The notes beneath the pieces were generated by a model. The model did no database searches. It had not been told where the DNA came from and saw only the letters and a program-made list of their open reading frames with translations. From the NCBI GenBank assembly GCA_038087875.1, contig CM075988.1, positions 18,664,001-18,728,000 on the forward strand: DNA of 64,000 bases, in the 5' to 3' direction. The position numbers and the translations under genes are program-made. This document shows, in pieces, positions 40,341 to 53,341 of this stretch; position 1 is the stretch's first letter, and each line of letters begins with the position of its first letter. The stretch is from Malacoraja senta (Eukaryota).

Positions 40341-41145
40341 CTGCAGTTCCTTCCTGCACACGATGCTGGAATCCGCTACGATTAGCTGAACACGCTGAGG
40401 ATTACTAAGTAAGGAGAACTGCGGAGGGGAAGCTCAGACACACTAAACCAGGAGCGCACCCGATAATACAAAACACTTCATATTGTCGCGGGAACTAAAT
40501 CAGCCGTTCACTTTATTCCACATAGAAATTAGAAGATTAGAATCAATACAAGAGGGAAATGCAGGCATTTCTTGTTATACAATAAAAATCCCAGGAATGA
40601 CTGACACTTATCTCTGATCATACTTGAAATATATATTATTTAACTGGGGATAAATGCATTTCATGAGACTAAGCCATGTCCCATGATATGGTGTTGTCAG
40701 CATCAATTCCACCAGCCATCAGTAATACTCCAAGCCATGAATAAATGCCTACCAAAGTAGAAACATACTTTTTTAAAAACATGACTTACAGTGAGATGAG
40801 TTTGTTTTCATTGTGACAATTCCAACAATGAAGCAGAGATTTCATCCTGAAGGTGGTGATGAGTTTATTTTGGGATTTTCTGAGGCTGTATCACAACCAG
40901 AGACATGGAAGTGTCTCTGTGCCCCCGAATGGGAGTTAGAGAGCTGGGAAACCTGGTCTCCACTTAACATGGGGCATGTTCATAGGGAAACACACATGCT
41001 GCTGGTAGTGGGTTCAAACCCCAACCCAGAGTGGGGTGAAGTGTCGGACCAAACTGCAGATGCTGGTTATACAACGGAGATAGACACAAAATGCTGGAGT
41101 AACTCAGCGGGACGGGCAGCATCTCTGGAGAGAAGGAATGGCAGA

Positions 41146-41176
41146 CTGAAGAAGGGTCTAGACCCGAAACGTCACC
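41146..41176 (+). ncRNA. Minimal hammerhead ribozyme motif in a pLTR (best-preserved copy)
   Basis: CUGAAGA-A-GGGU(CUAG)ACCC-GAAA-CG-UC: canonical core, 4-bp helix II, palindromic ACGU in place of helix III, GUC triplet. Confidence 0.65.
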
Positions 41177-41374
41177 CATTCCTTTCCTCCAGAGATGCTG
41201 CCTGTCCCACTGAGTTACTCCAGCATTTTGTGTCTGTGTCACGCTGGAGTGAGGTATAAATGTATTTGTGTTCCGATATACAGTAAAGGCACAGGTGGCA
41301 TGGTGGCGTAGCAGTAGAGTTGCTGCCTTAGACCCAGGTTTGAACCTGACTACATGTTTTATTTTTATTTTTTT

Positions 41375-41680
41375 TTAGTTTTTGAGATACAGCGCAGAAA
41401 CAGGCCCTTCGGCCCATCAGGTCCGCGCCGACCAGCGATCCCCGCATATTAACACTATCCTACACACACTAGGGACCACCTTGTACATTTACCAAGCCAA
41501 TTAACCTACAAACCTGTACGTCTTTGGTGTGTGGGAGGAAACCGAAGATCTCGGAGAAAACCTACGCAGGTCACGGGGAGAACGTACAGACTCCGTACAG
41601 ACAGCACCCGTAGTCGGGATCGAACCGGGTCTCTGGCGCTGCATTCGCTGTAAGGCAGCAACTCTACCGCTGCGCCACCT
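41375..41680 (-). mobile_element. Full-length HE1-like V-SINE
   Basis: Complete reverse-complement head, body and tail. Head-to-head with a partial plus-strand copy at 41697-41905. Confidence 0.88.
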
Positions 41681-42002
41681 GCTGTGAGCAAGTGTTCTCT
41701 GTACGGAGTTGGTATGTGCTCTCTGTGACTGAGTGGGTTTTCTCCGGGTGCTCCGGTTTCCTCCCACACTCCAAAGACGTGCGGGTTTGTAGGTTAATTG
41801 AGTTCGGTAAAAATTGTAAATTGTCCCTGGTGTGTAGGTTAGTGCTAGTGCATGGGAGTAATTGCTGGTTGGCGAGGACTCGGTGGGCTGAAGGACCTGT
41901 TTCTTGGCTTTATCAGGGTGAAGAGCCTTCATCTCTCCACTTATCATCTCGTGAATTCATAAATTCATAAATTCTAGGAGCAACTCTGCTGAACTGTCTC
42001 GT

Positions 42003-42303
42003 GTCACAGTTTAAGGATAAGGGGGAAGTCTTTTAGGACCGGGATGAGAAAAACATTTTTCACACAGAGAGTGGTGAATCTGTGGAATTCTCTGCCACAG
42101 AAGGTAGTTGAGGCCAGTTCATTGGCTATATTTAAGAGGGAGTTAGATGTGGCCCTTGTGGCTAAAAGGATCAGGGGGTATGGAGAGAAGGCAGGTACAG
42201 GATACTGAGTTGGATGATCAGCCATGATCATATTGAATGGAGGTGCAGGCTCGAAGGGCTGAATGGCCTACTCCTGCACCTATTTTCTATGTTTCTATGT
42301 TTC
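42003..42303 (+). mobile_element. Young CR1 3' end
   Basis: Same family as 26073-27200, with a (tttctatg)n tail. Confidence 0.9.
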
Positions 42304-43439
42304 CCACCACTTTCTGTTTTTATTTTGGATTCCCAGCATCATTTACTGCCTTGATATGATAATTAAACATAAAATAGACACAAAAAGCTGGAGTAACTGT
42401 GGGTCAGACATCATCTCTGGAAAAAAAGGAACAGGTGATGTTTCAGGTCGAGGCCCGTCTTCAGGGAACGTGGTCGACTCTTGGCACTTGTATGCGTTTG
42501 TCTTAAACAGCATGAAGGAACACATCTGGCCCGATGGTTTAGTCTACCCAATCCATCCAACATTGGCTGAACTATGTGTACACCTTCGCAGTGAGTTTGC
42601 AGAGATGATGCTAATTTGTGCCAAATTAGCAGTTACTTGTCAATGAGTTCACACCGAGTGGATGATCTGGTATCTGGCACTTTACTTTGGCACAGACAGC
42701 TTTACGTTGCATTGCACTGCGCATACAATCTGATGTACCAGAGCCATTAGAGAAAGGTTATAACATTTTTATTTGGGAGCTCAATTGCAACACTTGATGC
42801 AACATTTTTGAATCATTTATCATGATTGCTTATCCACTGGTTTTGTTAATTGCCTCAGAAGACAATTTCCTAGATAACATTGTCTTTTGAATAGCTCATT
42901 TGTGACCCTCCTGTCTAGTTAAATTTTAATTAGGTACTCTGAGAGGGGAGGTATAGAGAGAAATAAATAAGTGTCTAAAGATCAAGTCCCAATGGATTAA
43001 TGGTTAAGTGGTTTGCTCAGATATGATAATGAGCCGCGTGCAACAGGGAAGTTTTATGGAGGCATGAGAGACGGCAGAAGATGGAATCGGGAACAGAAGC
43101 AAACTGCTGGAGGGACCCAGTGGGTCGGGCAACATTAGTGGAGGCAACTCACCCCTGGAGCCACAGGAACACCAATGGTGCTACGTGTAAGGAAATCGAG
43201 GTGTGCTAACATTGCTAGGTATGAAATTAGGCAACATTGAATGTAGAGACACACCAAGAAAGGGTCTCGACCCAAAACATCACCAATTCCTTCTATCCAG
43301 AGATGCTGCCTGTCCCGCTGAGTTTCTCCAGCATTTTGTGTCTATCTTCGGTGTAAACCAGCATCTGCAGTTCCTTCTTACACATCTATCCATGAAGGTA
43401 TTAAATCTTTAAAGTCTTTCAAATCACACCAACTTATAA

Positions 43440-44600
43440 GATCATAAGACATAGAAGCAGAATTAAGACATTCGGCCCATCAAGTCCACTCCGCCATTCA
43501 ATTATGGCTGATCTATTTTTCCCTCTCAACCCCATTCTCCTTCCTTCCTCCCCTTAGCTGTTGACTCCTTAATAATCCAGAACCTATAAATATCTGCTTT
43601 AAAAATAGCCAAAGACTTGGCCACCACAGCCGTTTGTGGCAATGAATTACAAAGGTTCACCAGGTCTAGCTAAATAAATTCCTCCTCTTCTCCAGTCTAA
43701 AGGTACGTCCTTTTATTCTGAGGCTGTGCCCTCTGGTCCAAGACTCTCCCTCTCATGGAAATATCTTCTCAACATCAACTCTATCCAGGGCTTTCATTAT
43801 TCGGTAAGTTCCAATGAGATTTTGAACAACGAGAGTTGTTTTTTTAAATGTGCTATACAAATAAAAGTGACTTGACTTGACTTGACTTGAGATCCACCCT
43901 CATCTAAGCTCCAGTGAGTACAAGCCCAGAGCCATCAAATGCTCCTCATAGATCAATCCAATCTTCCCAGGGATTATTCTCATGAACCTCCTCTGGACCC
44001 TCTCCAAAGCCAACACAATCTTCCTCAGATATAAGGCCCCAAATTGCTCACAGTATTCCAAATGTGGCATCCCCTGTGACTTATAAAGCCTCCTTGTTTT
44101 TATATTCTAATCCTCTTGAAATGAAAGCTAACACTGTATTTGCCTTCCATACTACCGACATATGCCGACATATGCTGCAAATTAACGTTTTGGGAATCCT
44201 GCACCAGCACTCCCAAGTCCCTTTGTACCTCCGATCTGCTTCAACCATCAATGCATTCCAGGCACCCACCTCCTTCTTTAAAAAAAACTTGCTCTGCACA
44301 TCTTTAAAATGTTGCCCCTCTCACCTTAAAGCTATGCCCTCTAGTATTTGTTTTTTTCCATTGTGGGGGAAAGGTTCTGACTGTCAACCCTATCTATGCC
44401 TCTCATAATGTTATATACTTCTATCAGGTCTCTCCGCAACCTCCAGCGTTCCAGAGAAAACAATCCCAAGTCTGTCCAACCTCTCCTTGTAGCTAATACG
44501 CCTAACCCAGACATCATTCCGGTAAACCTATTCAAAAGCCTTCCCATCCTTTAAGTACAGGGGTGAACAAAACTGCAGGCAATACTCCAAGCATGAATGA
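43440..44600 (-). mobile_element. Older CR1 fragments, with a 67-bp L2-type tail inserted at 43821-43887
   Basis: KANTVLAFISRGLEYK and RRDLIEVYNIMRGIDRV motifs. The insert ends aataaaagtg(acttg)n and has TSD tgagat. Confidence 0.75.
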
Positions 44601-45001
44601 ACCAAAGACCTAGAATCCAATGAAGGCGAGAGGGGAGAGATTTAAATGTGACCCCCGGTGCAACCTTTTTACCCAGAGGGTTGTCCGTATCTGGAATGAG
44701 CTGCCAGAGGAACCTATAGACGCAGGTACAATTATTAGTATTGTATATTTTATTTCAAACATGTAAAACAAAAAAAGTTAAAACAAAGCAAAATAACAAT
44801 AACATGAAATGAACAATAAACTTATACATAACTCATTGAATAACTTCTCATAAACATCACAAATTAAATCTTACATGTTCGAAAAGGAGTAGAAGTATAC
44901 ACTTATTTATTCCTACCCCTTCCCCGCTACTCATCGATTAATTCACAAACTTTATCTCATCTATATATATCTATATATATCTATACATATCTATATATAT
45001 A

Positions 45002-46618
45002 CAGTGGCATGCAAAAGTTTTCATACCCCTTGAACTTTTCCACATTTTGTCACGTTACAACCACAAACGTAAATGTATTTTATTGGGATTTTATGTGATA
45101 GACCAACACAAAGTGGTGCATAATTGTGAAGTGGAAGGAAAATGATACATGGTTTTCAAATTTTTTTACAAATAAAAAACTGAAAAGTGTGGCGTGCAAA
45201 AGTATTCAGCCCCCCTGAGTCAATACTTTGTAGAACCACCTTTCGCTGCAATTACAACTGCAAGTCTTTTGGGGTATGTCTCCACCAGCTTTGCACATCT
45301 AGAGACTGACATTTTTGCCCATTCTTCTTTGCAAAATAGCTCAAGCTCAGTCAGATTGGATGGAGAGCGTCTGTGAACAGCAATTTTCAAGTCTTGCCAG
45401 AGATTCTCAATTGGATTTAGGTCTGGACTTTGACTGGGCCATTCTAACATATGAATATGCTTTGATCTAAACCATTCCATTGTAGCTCTGGCTGTATGTT
45501 TAGGGTCGGTGTCCTGCTGGAAGGTGAACCTCCGCCCCAGTCTCAAGTCTTTTGCAGACTCTAACAGGTTTTCTTCCAAGATTGCCCAGTATTTGACTCC
45601 ATCCATCTTCCCATCAACTCTGACCAGCTTCCCTGTCCCTGCTGAAGAAAAGCATCCCCACAGCATGATGCTGCCACCACCATGTTTCACAGTGGGGATG
45701 GTGTGTTCAGGGTGATGTGCAGTGTTAGTTTTCCGCCACACATAGCGTTTTGCATTTAGGCCAAAAACTTCAATTTTGGTCTCATCTGACCAGAGCACCT
45801 TCCTCCACATGTTTGTTGTGTCCCCCACATGGCTTGTGGCAAACTGCAAACGGGACTTCTTATGGCTTTTTTTCAACAATGGCTTTCTGCTTGCCACTCT
45901 TCCATAAAGGCCCGATTTGTGGAGTGCACGACTAATAGTTGTCCTGTGGACAGATTCCCCCACCTGAGCTGTGAATCTCTGCAGCTCCTCCAGAGTTACC
46001 ATGGGCCTCTTGGCTGCTTCTCTGATCAATGCTCTCCTTGCCCGGCCTGTCAGTTTAGGTGGACGGCCATGTCTTTGTAGGTTTGCAGTTGTGGCATACT
46101 CTTTCCATTTTCGGATGGTGGATTGAACAGTGCTCCGTGAGATGTTCAAAGCTTGGGATATTTGTTTATAACCTAACCCTGCTTTAAACTTCTCCACAAC
46201 TTTATCACTGACCTGTCTGGTGTGTTCCTTGGGCTTCATGATGCTGTTTGTTCACTAATGTTCTCTAACAAACCTCTGAGGCCTTCACAGAACAGCTGTA
46301 TTTATACTGAGATTAGATTACACACAAGTGGACTCTATTTACTAATTAGGTGACTTCTGAAAGCAATTGGTTGCACTGGATTTTATTTAGGGTTATCAGA
46401 GTAAAGGGGGCTGAATACTTTTGCACGCCACACTTTTCAGTTTTTTATTTGTGAAAAAATTTGAAAACCATGTATCATTTTCCTTCCACTTCACGATTAT
46501 GCACCACTTTGTGTTGGTCTATCACATAAAATCCCAATAAAATACATTTACGTTTGTGGTTGTAACGTGACAAAATGTGGAAAAGTTCAAGGGGTATGAA
46601 TACTTTTGCAAGCCACTG
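45002..46618 (-). mobile_element. Full-length Tc1/mariner transposon, Passport-like
   Basis: TIRs of about 213 bp (45002-45214 and 46406-46618) starting cagtggc, TA TSD on both sides, 1617 bp long. Confidence 0.97.
45220..46239 (-). CDS. Tc1 DD34E transposase, 339 aa, uninterrupted
   Basis: HTH/GRPPK, WSDETK, FQQDTDPKH and SPDLNPIE motifs, with 34 residues between the second D and the E. C-terminus KGGSTKY. Confidence 0.95.
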   Translation of the reverse strand: MKPKEHTRQVSDKVVEKFKAGLGYKQISQALNISRSTVQSTIRKWKEYATTANLQRHGRPPKLTGRARRALIREAAKRPMVTLEELQRFTAQVGESVHRTTISRALHKSGLYGRVASRKPLLKKSHKKSRLQFATSHVGDTTNMWRKVLWSDETKIEVFGLNAKRYVWRKTNTAHHPEHTIPTVKHGGGSIMLWGCFSSAGTGKLVRVDGKMDGVKYWAILEENLLESAKDLRLGRRFTFQQDTDPKHTARATMEWFRSKHIHMLEWPSQSPDLNPIENLWQDLKIAVHRRSPSNLTELELFCKEEWAKMSVSRCAKLVETYPKRLAVVIAAKGGSTKY

Positions 46619-49600
46619 TATATACACATACACAAACATATATACATATATCCACACATAAGCCACATACATACATACATACATATATTATTGCATATGC
46701 ACGCATGCAAACATACATATACACAGTTTATAAACAATTATCCAAATTCTATGTACATCACGAACATCACACTGTCAATAAACTAAAACTTAACCATCAT
46801 CACAGCCCTTCCTCATTTTTATACCTCTGGAAAATAATATTATTGCACTTCTTCTTACACTGAGTAATGTTTATGACTTTTAAAAGACATTTGGACAGAT
46901 ATATGGCTAGGTAGAGATTAGAGGGCCTTATCTGAGGCTGTGCCCTCTAGTCCTAGACTCTCCCTCTCATGGAAATATCTTCTCAACATCAACTCTATCC
47001 AGGGCTTTCATTATTCGGTAAGTTCCAATGAGATCCACCCGTATCATTTGCCTTCAATGAGAGGCATTTCATTGAAGGCCTGAAGATGCTGCTTTTCAAG
47101 CAAATGAGACTAGTTCAATATGCCACCTAGGTCAGCATGGACCAGGTGGGCTGAAGGGCCTATTTCAGAGCTGAACAGCTCTATGACTGTGGTATTTTAA
47201 TACGGCCTGGAAGGTTAGACCTTGTTTCTGCCCGGCATTGTATCTGGTTGGGACTTGATACCACAAACCATCTAACCAAAGAGGTGGATGTGAAAGCAAC
47301 CTAAATAAAGATAAATGATACAATTTGTACAAAATGGATTTGAGATGATATTTTATCAATTATATTTTATCAGTTTCATGCTACATAATTCCACACACAA
47401 TGAGCAGCATATACCTCACAATTAATGATGCAAAACATATGATAAAATGTGTTAATTGACCATTAGCATTAATCCATGCGACCAAATGAAGATTTGATTG
47501 AGACACAAATGAAATGTAGCAACAGTGACAGTTCACTTAATGTTAACTAATCATTGCTGGGACCAGATGATCAATGCAGTCTTACCTAAGGTTGCAGCAC
47601 ATCGCAAAATGCTGGTGGAACTCAACGGGTCAGGCAGCATCTGTGGGGGGAATGGACAGGCTATGTCTCAGGTTGGTACCCTTCTTCAGACCCGTCCCAA
47701 ATCTTTGTTTGTCCGTTCCCTCCACAGATGCTGCCTGACCCGCTGAGTTCCTCCAGCACTTTGTTCTCAAGATTCCAGCATCTGCAGTTCCTTTTGTTTT
47801 CCACAAGGCATGTTTCGTCCAGTGCTTTCATAGGAGTCAGGCCCAAAGTCTGATGCATGGATTAACCTTTGTAGTTCTCTTTTTAATCAGTCCAATGAAA
47901 AGGTTAAGTCCACAAAGCCGTGAAAAGGTCCTCAGTTTTTATACAAATTATAAAACAGATTTCATTGCAATTATCAGGCTGAAGATACAAAAGTTTGAAA
48001 GCATAAGCCACCAGATTCAGAAAATGCTTTTTCCCCACCTTATCAGACTACCGAATGGAACTCCCATAGTCTTGGGTGTAATCCTGATCTTCCAATCAAC
48101 CTCTTTGCGGAACTCGGAATTTTTCTGCAGTCCGGTATTTTTCTCTTTGCACCATCTGTTGTACTTGGATCCGGCTTGATTGTACTCATGTGTAGTATGA
48201 CTTGAGTGGACAGCACACAGACAAAGTATTTCACTGTATGTTGGTACACGGGACTCTAATAAAACAATAGTGTGTGAATTCAGTCTGAAGAAGTATCCTG
48301 ACTCGAAACGTCACAGATCCTTTGTCTCCAGAGATGCTGCCTTACTCCAGCACTTTGTGTCTAAGTGTTGGAAGGAACTGCAGATGCTGGTTTAAACGGA
48401 GGATAGGCGCAAAAAGCTGGAGTAGCTCAGCTTTGTGTCTATCTTTGGTATAAACCAGCATCAGCTATCTACTATCTACCTCATTGGAGATGCTCAGACT
48501 ACCTTTGATCGGACTTTACTGCCTGTATCTTGCACTAAACATTGTTCACATTATTCCCTTAATCATGTATCTGCACACTGTGAATAAGTTAAGTGGAATC
48601 ACGTATTGTTTTTCCGATGACTGGTTAGCACGCAACAAAAACTTTTACTGTACCTCGGTACACGTGGCGATAAATAAACTCACTCACTCACGCACTTGCA
48701 GTTCCTTCCTGCACACATAACCAATAGCAATACTGGCTCGCAGGGCACAGTTTGGCTGCCATGTTTCCCTCTTTATTTCATGGCCCTCACCCGCCACTAA
48801 TATTTAATTGGCTCCAAAGATGCATTCAGCAAATCTTTTTGTGCCTTTTAAAGCCAGTTGTGCTTGTTGATATTATATCCTGGGATTAGCTGCAGACATG
48901 TTGGGCAGTCTCTCGATGCCAGTTGCTTTGTCCAATTGCAGAGTTGAATAGCGCCTGCACCATGATCCAGAACATGGTGCCAGTGGCTTCAATGTTTGCT
49001 TGTTATTTTTTGCCCATTTAAGGCAAATGAACAAGAAGCCTCATGCCAGACTTGGCATCCAGCTGAGAGCGACCGCCAATGGTAGCTGGTGAGAGGGAAG
49101 AATTAAATTAGCTATATAATCAGTGCTGGATTACGAGAATTTGATTTCCAGCTTCAATGAAGGCAAATGGCTCCCTGATTATCACATTAAGCTGCATCAT
49201 TGAACCCTAGTGTTTCTGGATTTTTTTTTCCCATAATCAGATTTGGATTATTAAAATCTGGCTTGTTATTTACCTTAATTATTTATCCGCGTTTGGAGAT
49301 AACTCATTTTGAAATTATGAGATGAGGAAGGTTTAACAAATGTCATTGTGTATCTGTATGGATTTTAGCAATTAATAACTGTCAATTTAGTTCGCTTAGT
49401 TTAGTTTATTGCCACATGTATCAAGATACAGTGAACAGCTTTTGTAGTGTGCTATCCAGTCAGCGGAAAGACAACATGTTTAAGAAGGAACTGCAGATGC
49501 TGGGAAATCGAAGGTAGACAAAAGTGCTGGAGAAACTCAGCGGGTGCAGCAGCATCTATGGAGTGAAGGAAATAGGCAACGTTTCGGGCCGAAACCCTTC

Positions 49601-50224
49601 TTCCAGACTGATGTAGGAACACTGGATTACAATTGCGCCATTTACAGTGCATATAAATAGTAAGATTAAACGAGAACTTACCAGTTTGAAGTTTTATCTT
49701 TGTTTTATGAGGAGTTACGTTGAGGGATTACGTGAAGACCCCGCCAGCACGCATGCGCGTCAATCTTCAAAGCAGCGGTGTGAAATCACAGATAACAGAA
49801 GCCGAACTAAACATAGTAAGATAAGAGAACTAGAGTACCAACTGACTTTTATGATAGGGGGTTGGGTGTGGAGGGCACGTAATCCCTCAATGTAACTCCT
49901 CATAAAATAAAGATCAAACTTCAAACTGGTAAGTTCTCGTATAATCTTACTATTTTACTTCGGAGTCACGTGAGTGACTACGTGAAGATTTCAAAGCTCT
50001 GTGATTTCATGCCGTGGAAACGAGTCCATGCGTCACACACTGCATCAGTTGACCAATGATGAGTGAACATGAATAATGCATTCACACATGACATAGATAT
50101 AGACATGTTGATGCTTTTAATGAACAAATAATGATAATAGTAACCTCCCTCAACCCGGAGGAAACTATTTAAACATAACCTAACATAGAGTTGGCAAATA
50201 CCCCCAATCTGGTAATGGGTTAGT

Positions 50225-50830
50225 TCTAAACGTTTGGAAAAATCATTTGTTTGACCACCCTGCAGCCGCTAGGATGTGGTCCACTAACGTCCATAACCCA
50301 GCTGCTGAGGTTGTTGCAGCCCTGGTGGAGTGAGACTTGAAAATGTCAGTGTTCACTCCTGTATAAGCCAGACCCGTTATAACCACCTGGAGATGGTCTG
50401 TAGTGATACCTTCTTACGAGGCTTTATGTAACTAACAACATTGCTAGTTCTGTGTCGCTAAGGCTCTTAGTGACCTTTACATTCTGGTGTAGATGTGTGC
50501 CACACACAACCGAAGGTCCATGAGATATGCAAACAATCTAGTTTGAGAACTGATGCCCCTGGTCTACTCTGCTTGACTAAGTCATAAACATAAAATGTTA
50601 TTTAGCCCGCAGATATAATCATCCTGTCCAGTCACTGCTAATGCCATGACTGGACTTGTTACGCTGAACTCAGCGCCATGAGCATAACCACTTGTAAGTG
50701 AGTTTGACCAAGGACAGGGATGTAGCTGGAGCCCACCAGCGAAGCGACGTAGCACAATGTTAACATCCCATATCTCTGCCTACCTAGGCCTGGGAGGTTT
50801 TGAGTTGAAGATACCCTTCACAACCTAAAT
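50225..50830 (-). pseudogene. DIRS tyrosine recombinase remnant
   Basis: KGIFNSKPPRPR*AEIWDVNIVL, GVNTDIFKSHSTRAATTSAA (HxxR at 50321-50332), ILAAAGWS (50255-50263). Contains stops and frameshifts. Confidence 0.88.
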
Positions 50831-51149
50831 CTGAGAGGGTGAGATCCGACAGAGTGGATTCTGCTCCCCGCAGCCAACATGATGAGAAGGCACTTTAGGC
50901 ACAGTAAATAGCACTTTAACTTAATGAATGTCAACCCCATATAAAACTGACCTTCAAGACGTCACTCATCCGTGCCAAATTAAATGTAATATAAGCATAA
51001 AACAAATACCTCCCATCTCCTTATGAGGAAATACTGCTGTTTGGTGCTATCCCTGCAATCTGCAGTGAGCACGTCCAAGGTTTGGTCTAACAACCCGAGC
51101 CGCAGGAACGGTCTTCTCAGAGTCTGCAAGTCAAAGAATTGATTATACC

Positions 51150-52260
51150 ATGCAGAGGATGGTTTCCCGAGTCACGGCTAAACCAGCAAACTTTGTGTCC
51201 AGAAATAACCATAAGGTTCTATTATCATTCCCCACATCAGCGGGAACCATGGCTGTATAAGCCAGGCAGGCATTACGAAAATGCCTGAAGCGGGAACTTG
51301 CTGAATTTTTGCAAGACCCATCTGATGAGCCAAAATGGAGGAAGACATAAAAGAACATTGTAGCGAGAATGCATCCATCGCCATTGATATGCCACATATT
51401 TTGCAACTGGTAATTGAGCCTGGATGCAAACATTTCGATCTTTAGCGTTCCATCGAGCCACAATGGCATTTAAATACTTTGTGATCCAAACATCAATTCT
51501 GTGTTGACAATTGATGATATACCTGTGCTAAATGAGGTTAGGTAAAACTATCACCGGATAGTTTGACTTGATTATACCCATGTGATTAACATATACCACC
51601 ACCAAAGTGAATCAACTTGGACTTAAGCATGCAGATATGCATATTCACACAACCCTTTAATCCACAGAATGCACCTGGTGTCTATAGGTAGTTGATACCA
51701 TATAACTGAACAATTGGTAACTCATGCCAATCCCATCCGCCTTGGTATTAGTAATTTTTCATCTTTGAGCAATAGCATCAGTTTGTAATTAACTGAAGAT
51801 TTATTGATGAAAAGTTAATGGAGCAATGCTGAATACTGTTCGTCCACCATGGTGACTTTGATAGTTTCAGCTGGGAATAGCAAAGGTCTGGTAACAATGG
51901 TACGTGAGAATTAATTCCAATCTCTTGCCTCAGGGTGGAGTCCCAGACAAATTAATAGAGTTAATTGTAAATCCCAATAATCAATAATTTCAGTTGGTAT
52001 CAACGTAAATTTAACTTAAATTTAACTGGATGGATGAGAAACCAAATTTCTCAAGTTTAGTTTTGTGGCTGATACAGCTAATTTAGCAAAATACAGTGTT
52101 TAGAATATCATCCTGATAGGCCATAACAATTGTTTTTAGCTCTGAGCAGCCGAAGCACTGGTTGTAGTAATTTGGTAAATAAGCTGGGAGCCCATTTTGC
52201 AACGATTCTGACTGTATCATTGCCCCATCCAGCTAAATTTCAAATACCTCTGGTGCCCTG
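51150..52260 (-). pseudogene. DIRS RT / RNase H / N6-adenine methyltransferase-like remnants
   Basis: FTKLLQPV and MAYQDDIL (YxDD at 52107-52118), LQTDA (RNase H, about 51775-51790), EMFASRLN and LPPF.LI..VLQK (MT-like). Heavily frameshifted. Confidence 0.8.
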
Positions 52261-53341
52261 TGAATGGAAACTGATCCCATGGAAGTTAACAGTCACGAAG
52301 TTCCCTATTCAGAAATGTCTATACTGCACATGCGAGTTGAACCTGTTAACAATGAACAGGCCACATCTGCCACAATTGCGAGCCTGCCTTGAAAGGCACT
52401 CCAGACATATTTTCGAGAGCTCTGGTGCTTGTATGCTGTGCAGTATAAACTAATCTCATGTTATTTATCGGTACGAAAACCAAGTGTAAATATTACCAAC
52501 TTGTATCCGTGACAGGAAGTATCATATATATGGTTCCATCTTCATCCTACATATCTCCGAATGGGAGGACTTATGCAGCCTGACCCAGGAGCTGCCTCAA
52601 CCAGCTTCATGCTTCATACGTCCGAATGGGAGGACTTGTGCATCCTGAGCCAGGAGCTGCCTCTGGCATGTGTGCATGCATTTTAGCACCATCTCCATCA
52701 CTACGTTCGATCGAGTGGGAGGAATTGCAATCCTGAACCAGGTGTCGCTTCAGGCACATGTGCACTTCTGTAGCACCCTCTACCACTCCGCTCATTTGAG
52801 TGGAGGAATTTGCAACCCTGAACCAGGAGCTGCTGCCTGACATGCCTTAGGATGGAGCGTTCTTGACTGCGACGAGTCGCAATCTTGTCTGACATAGATG
52901 CCCCAAACTTGGCACTCACTCTGAGTTGGGGTTTGTCAGGTTGCTTCCTTCAGCAGCCGCCAGCGCTAGTTGTGCAAATGGATGCTCTGTTGGCATCTTC
53001 TTTACCAAACAGGCTGCACGCGCTAGTGACTCTGAGTCCTGCTCCTTTCCGAATGAATGCAGTCTGCTGGGAAGGACAGGAGCACCTCTGGCCCCTGTAC
53101 GCTAGACATAGTGGGAGAAATGCTGGAAAACCTGCCAGTTATTTGTCTTTGTATGAACGGAGCCGCCCATCCCAGTTAAATCAAAGATTTGATTTCTTTA
53201 TATGAATAAACTCGGCGTGTAGGGGAAAATCTTCCACAGTCCCTTTATTGAATGGAATTACCACGACACCACCATGTGTAGCTCGCACAGGAGGCTTATT
53301 GGTACAGGGGCTTTCCAGGCCAGGGATCCAGATCGCCATGG

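Larger units (their letters stand above)
44738..46870 (-). mobile_element. Crack/L2-group LINE 3' end split by the Tc1 element, itself nested in a CR1 fragment
   Basis: Minus-strand NITQCKKKCNNIIFQRYKNEEGL* at about 46800-46870, and 3' motif catgttcgaaaaggagtag...cctacccc at 44874-44920. CR1 sequence resumes on both sides. Confidence 0.55.

Noticed and set aside
49152..49169. Similarity to the hairpin filler at 47045-47079
   Set aside because: Only 10-12 bp matches, too short to claim as a template.
52555..52845. Spaced repeats superficially like a CRISPR array
   Set aside because: Degenerate units, eukaryotic context inside a DIRS element, no cas genes.
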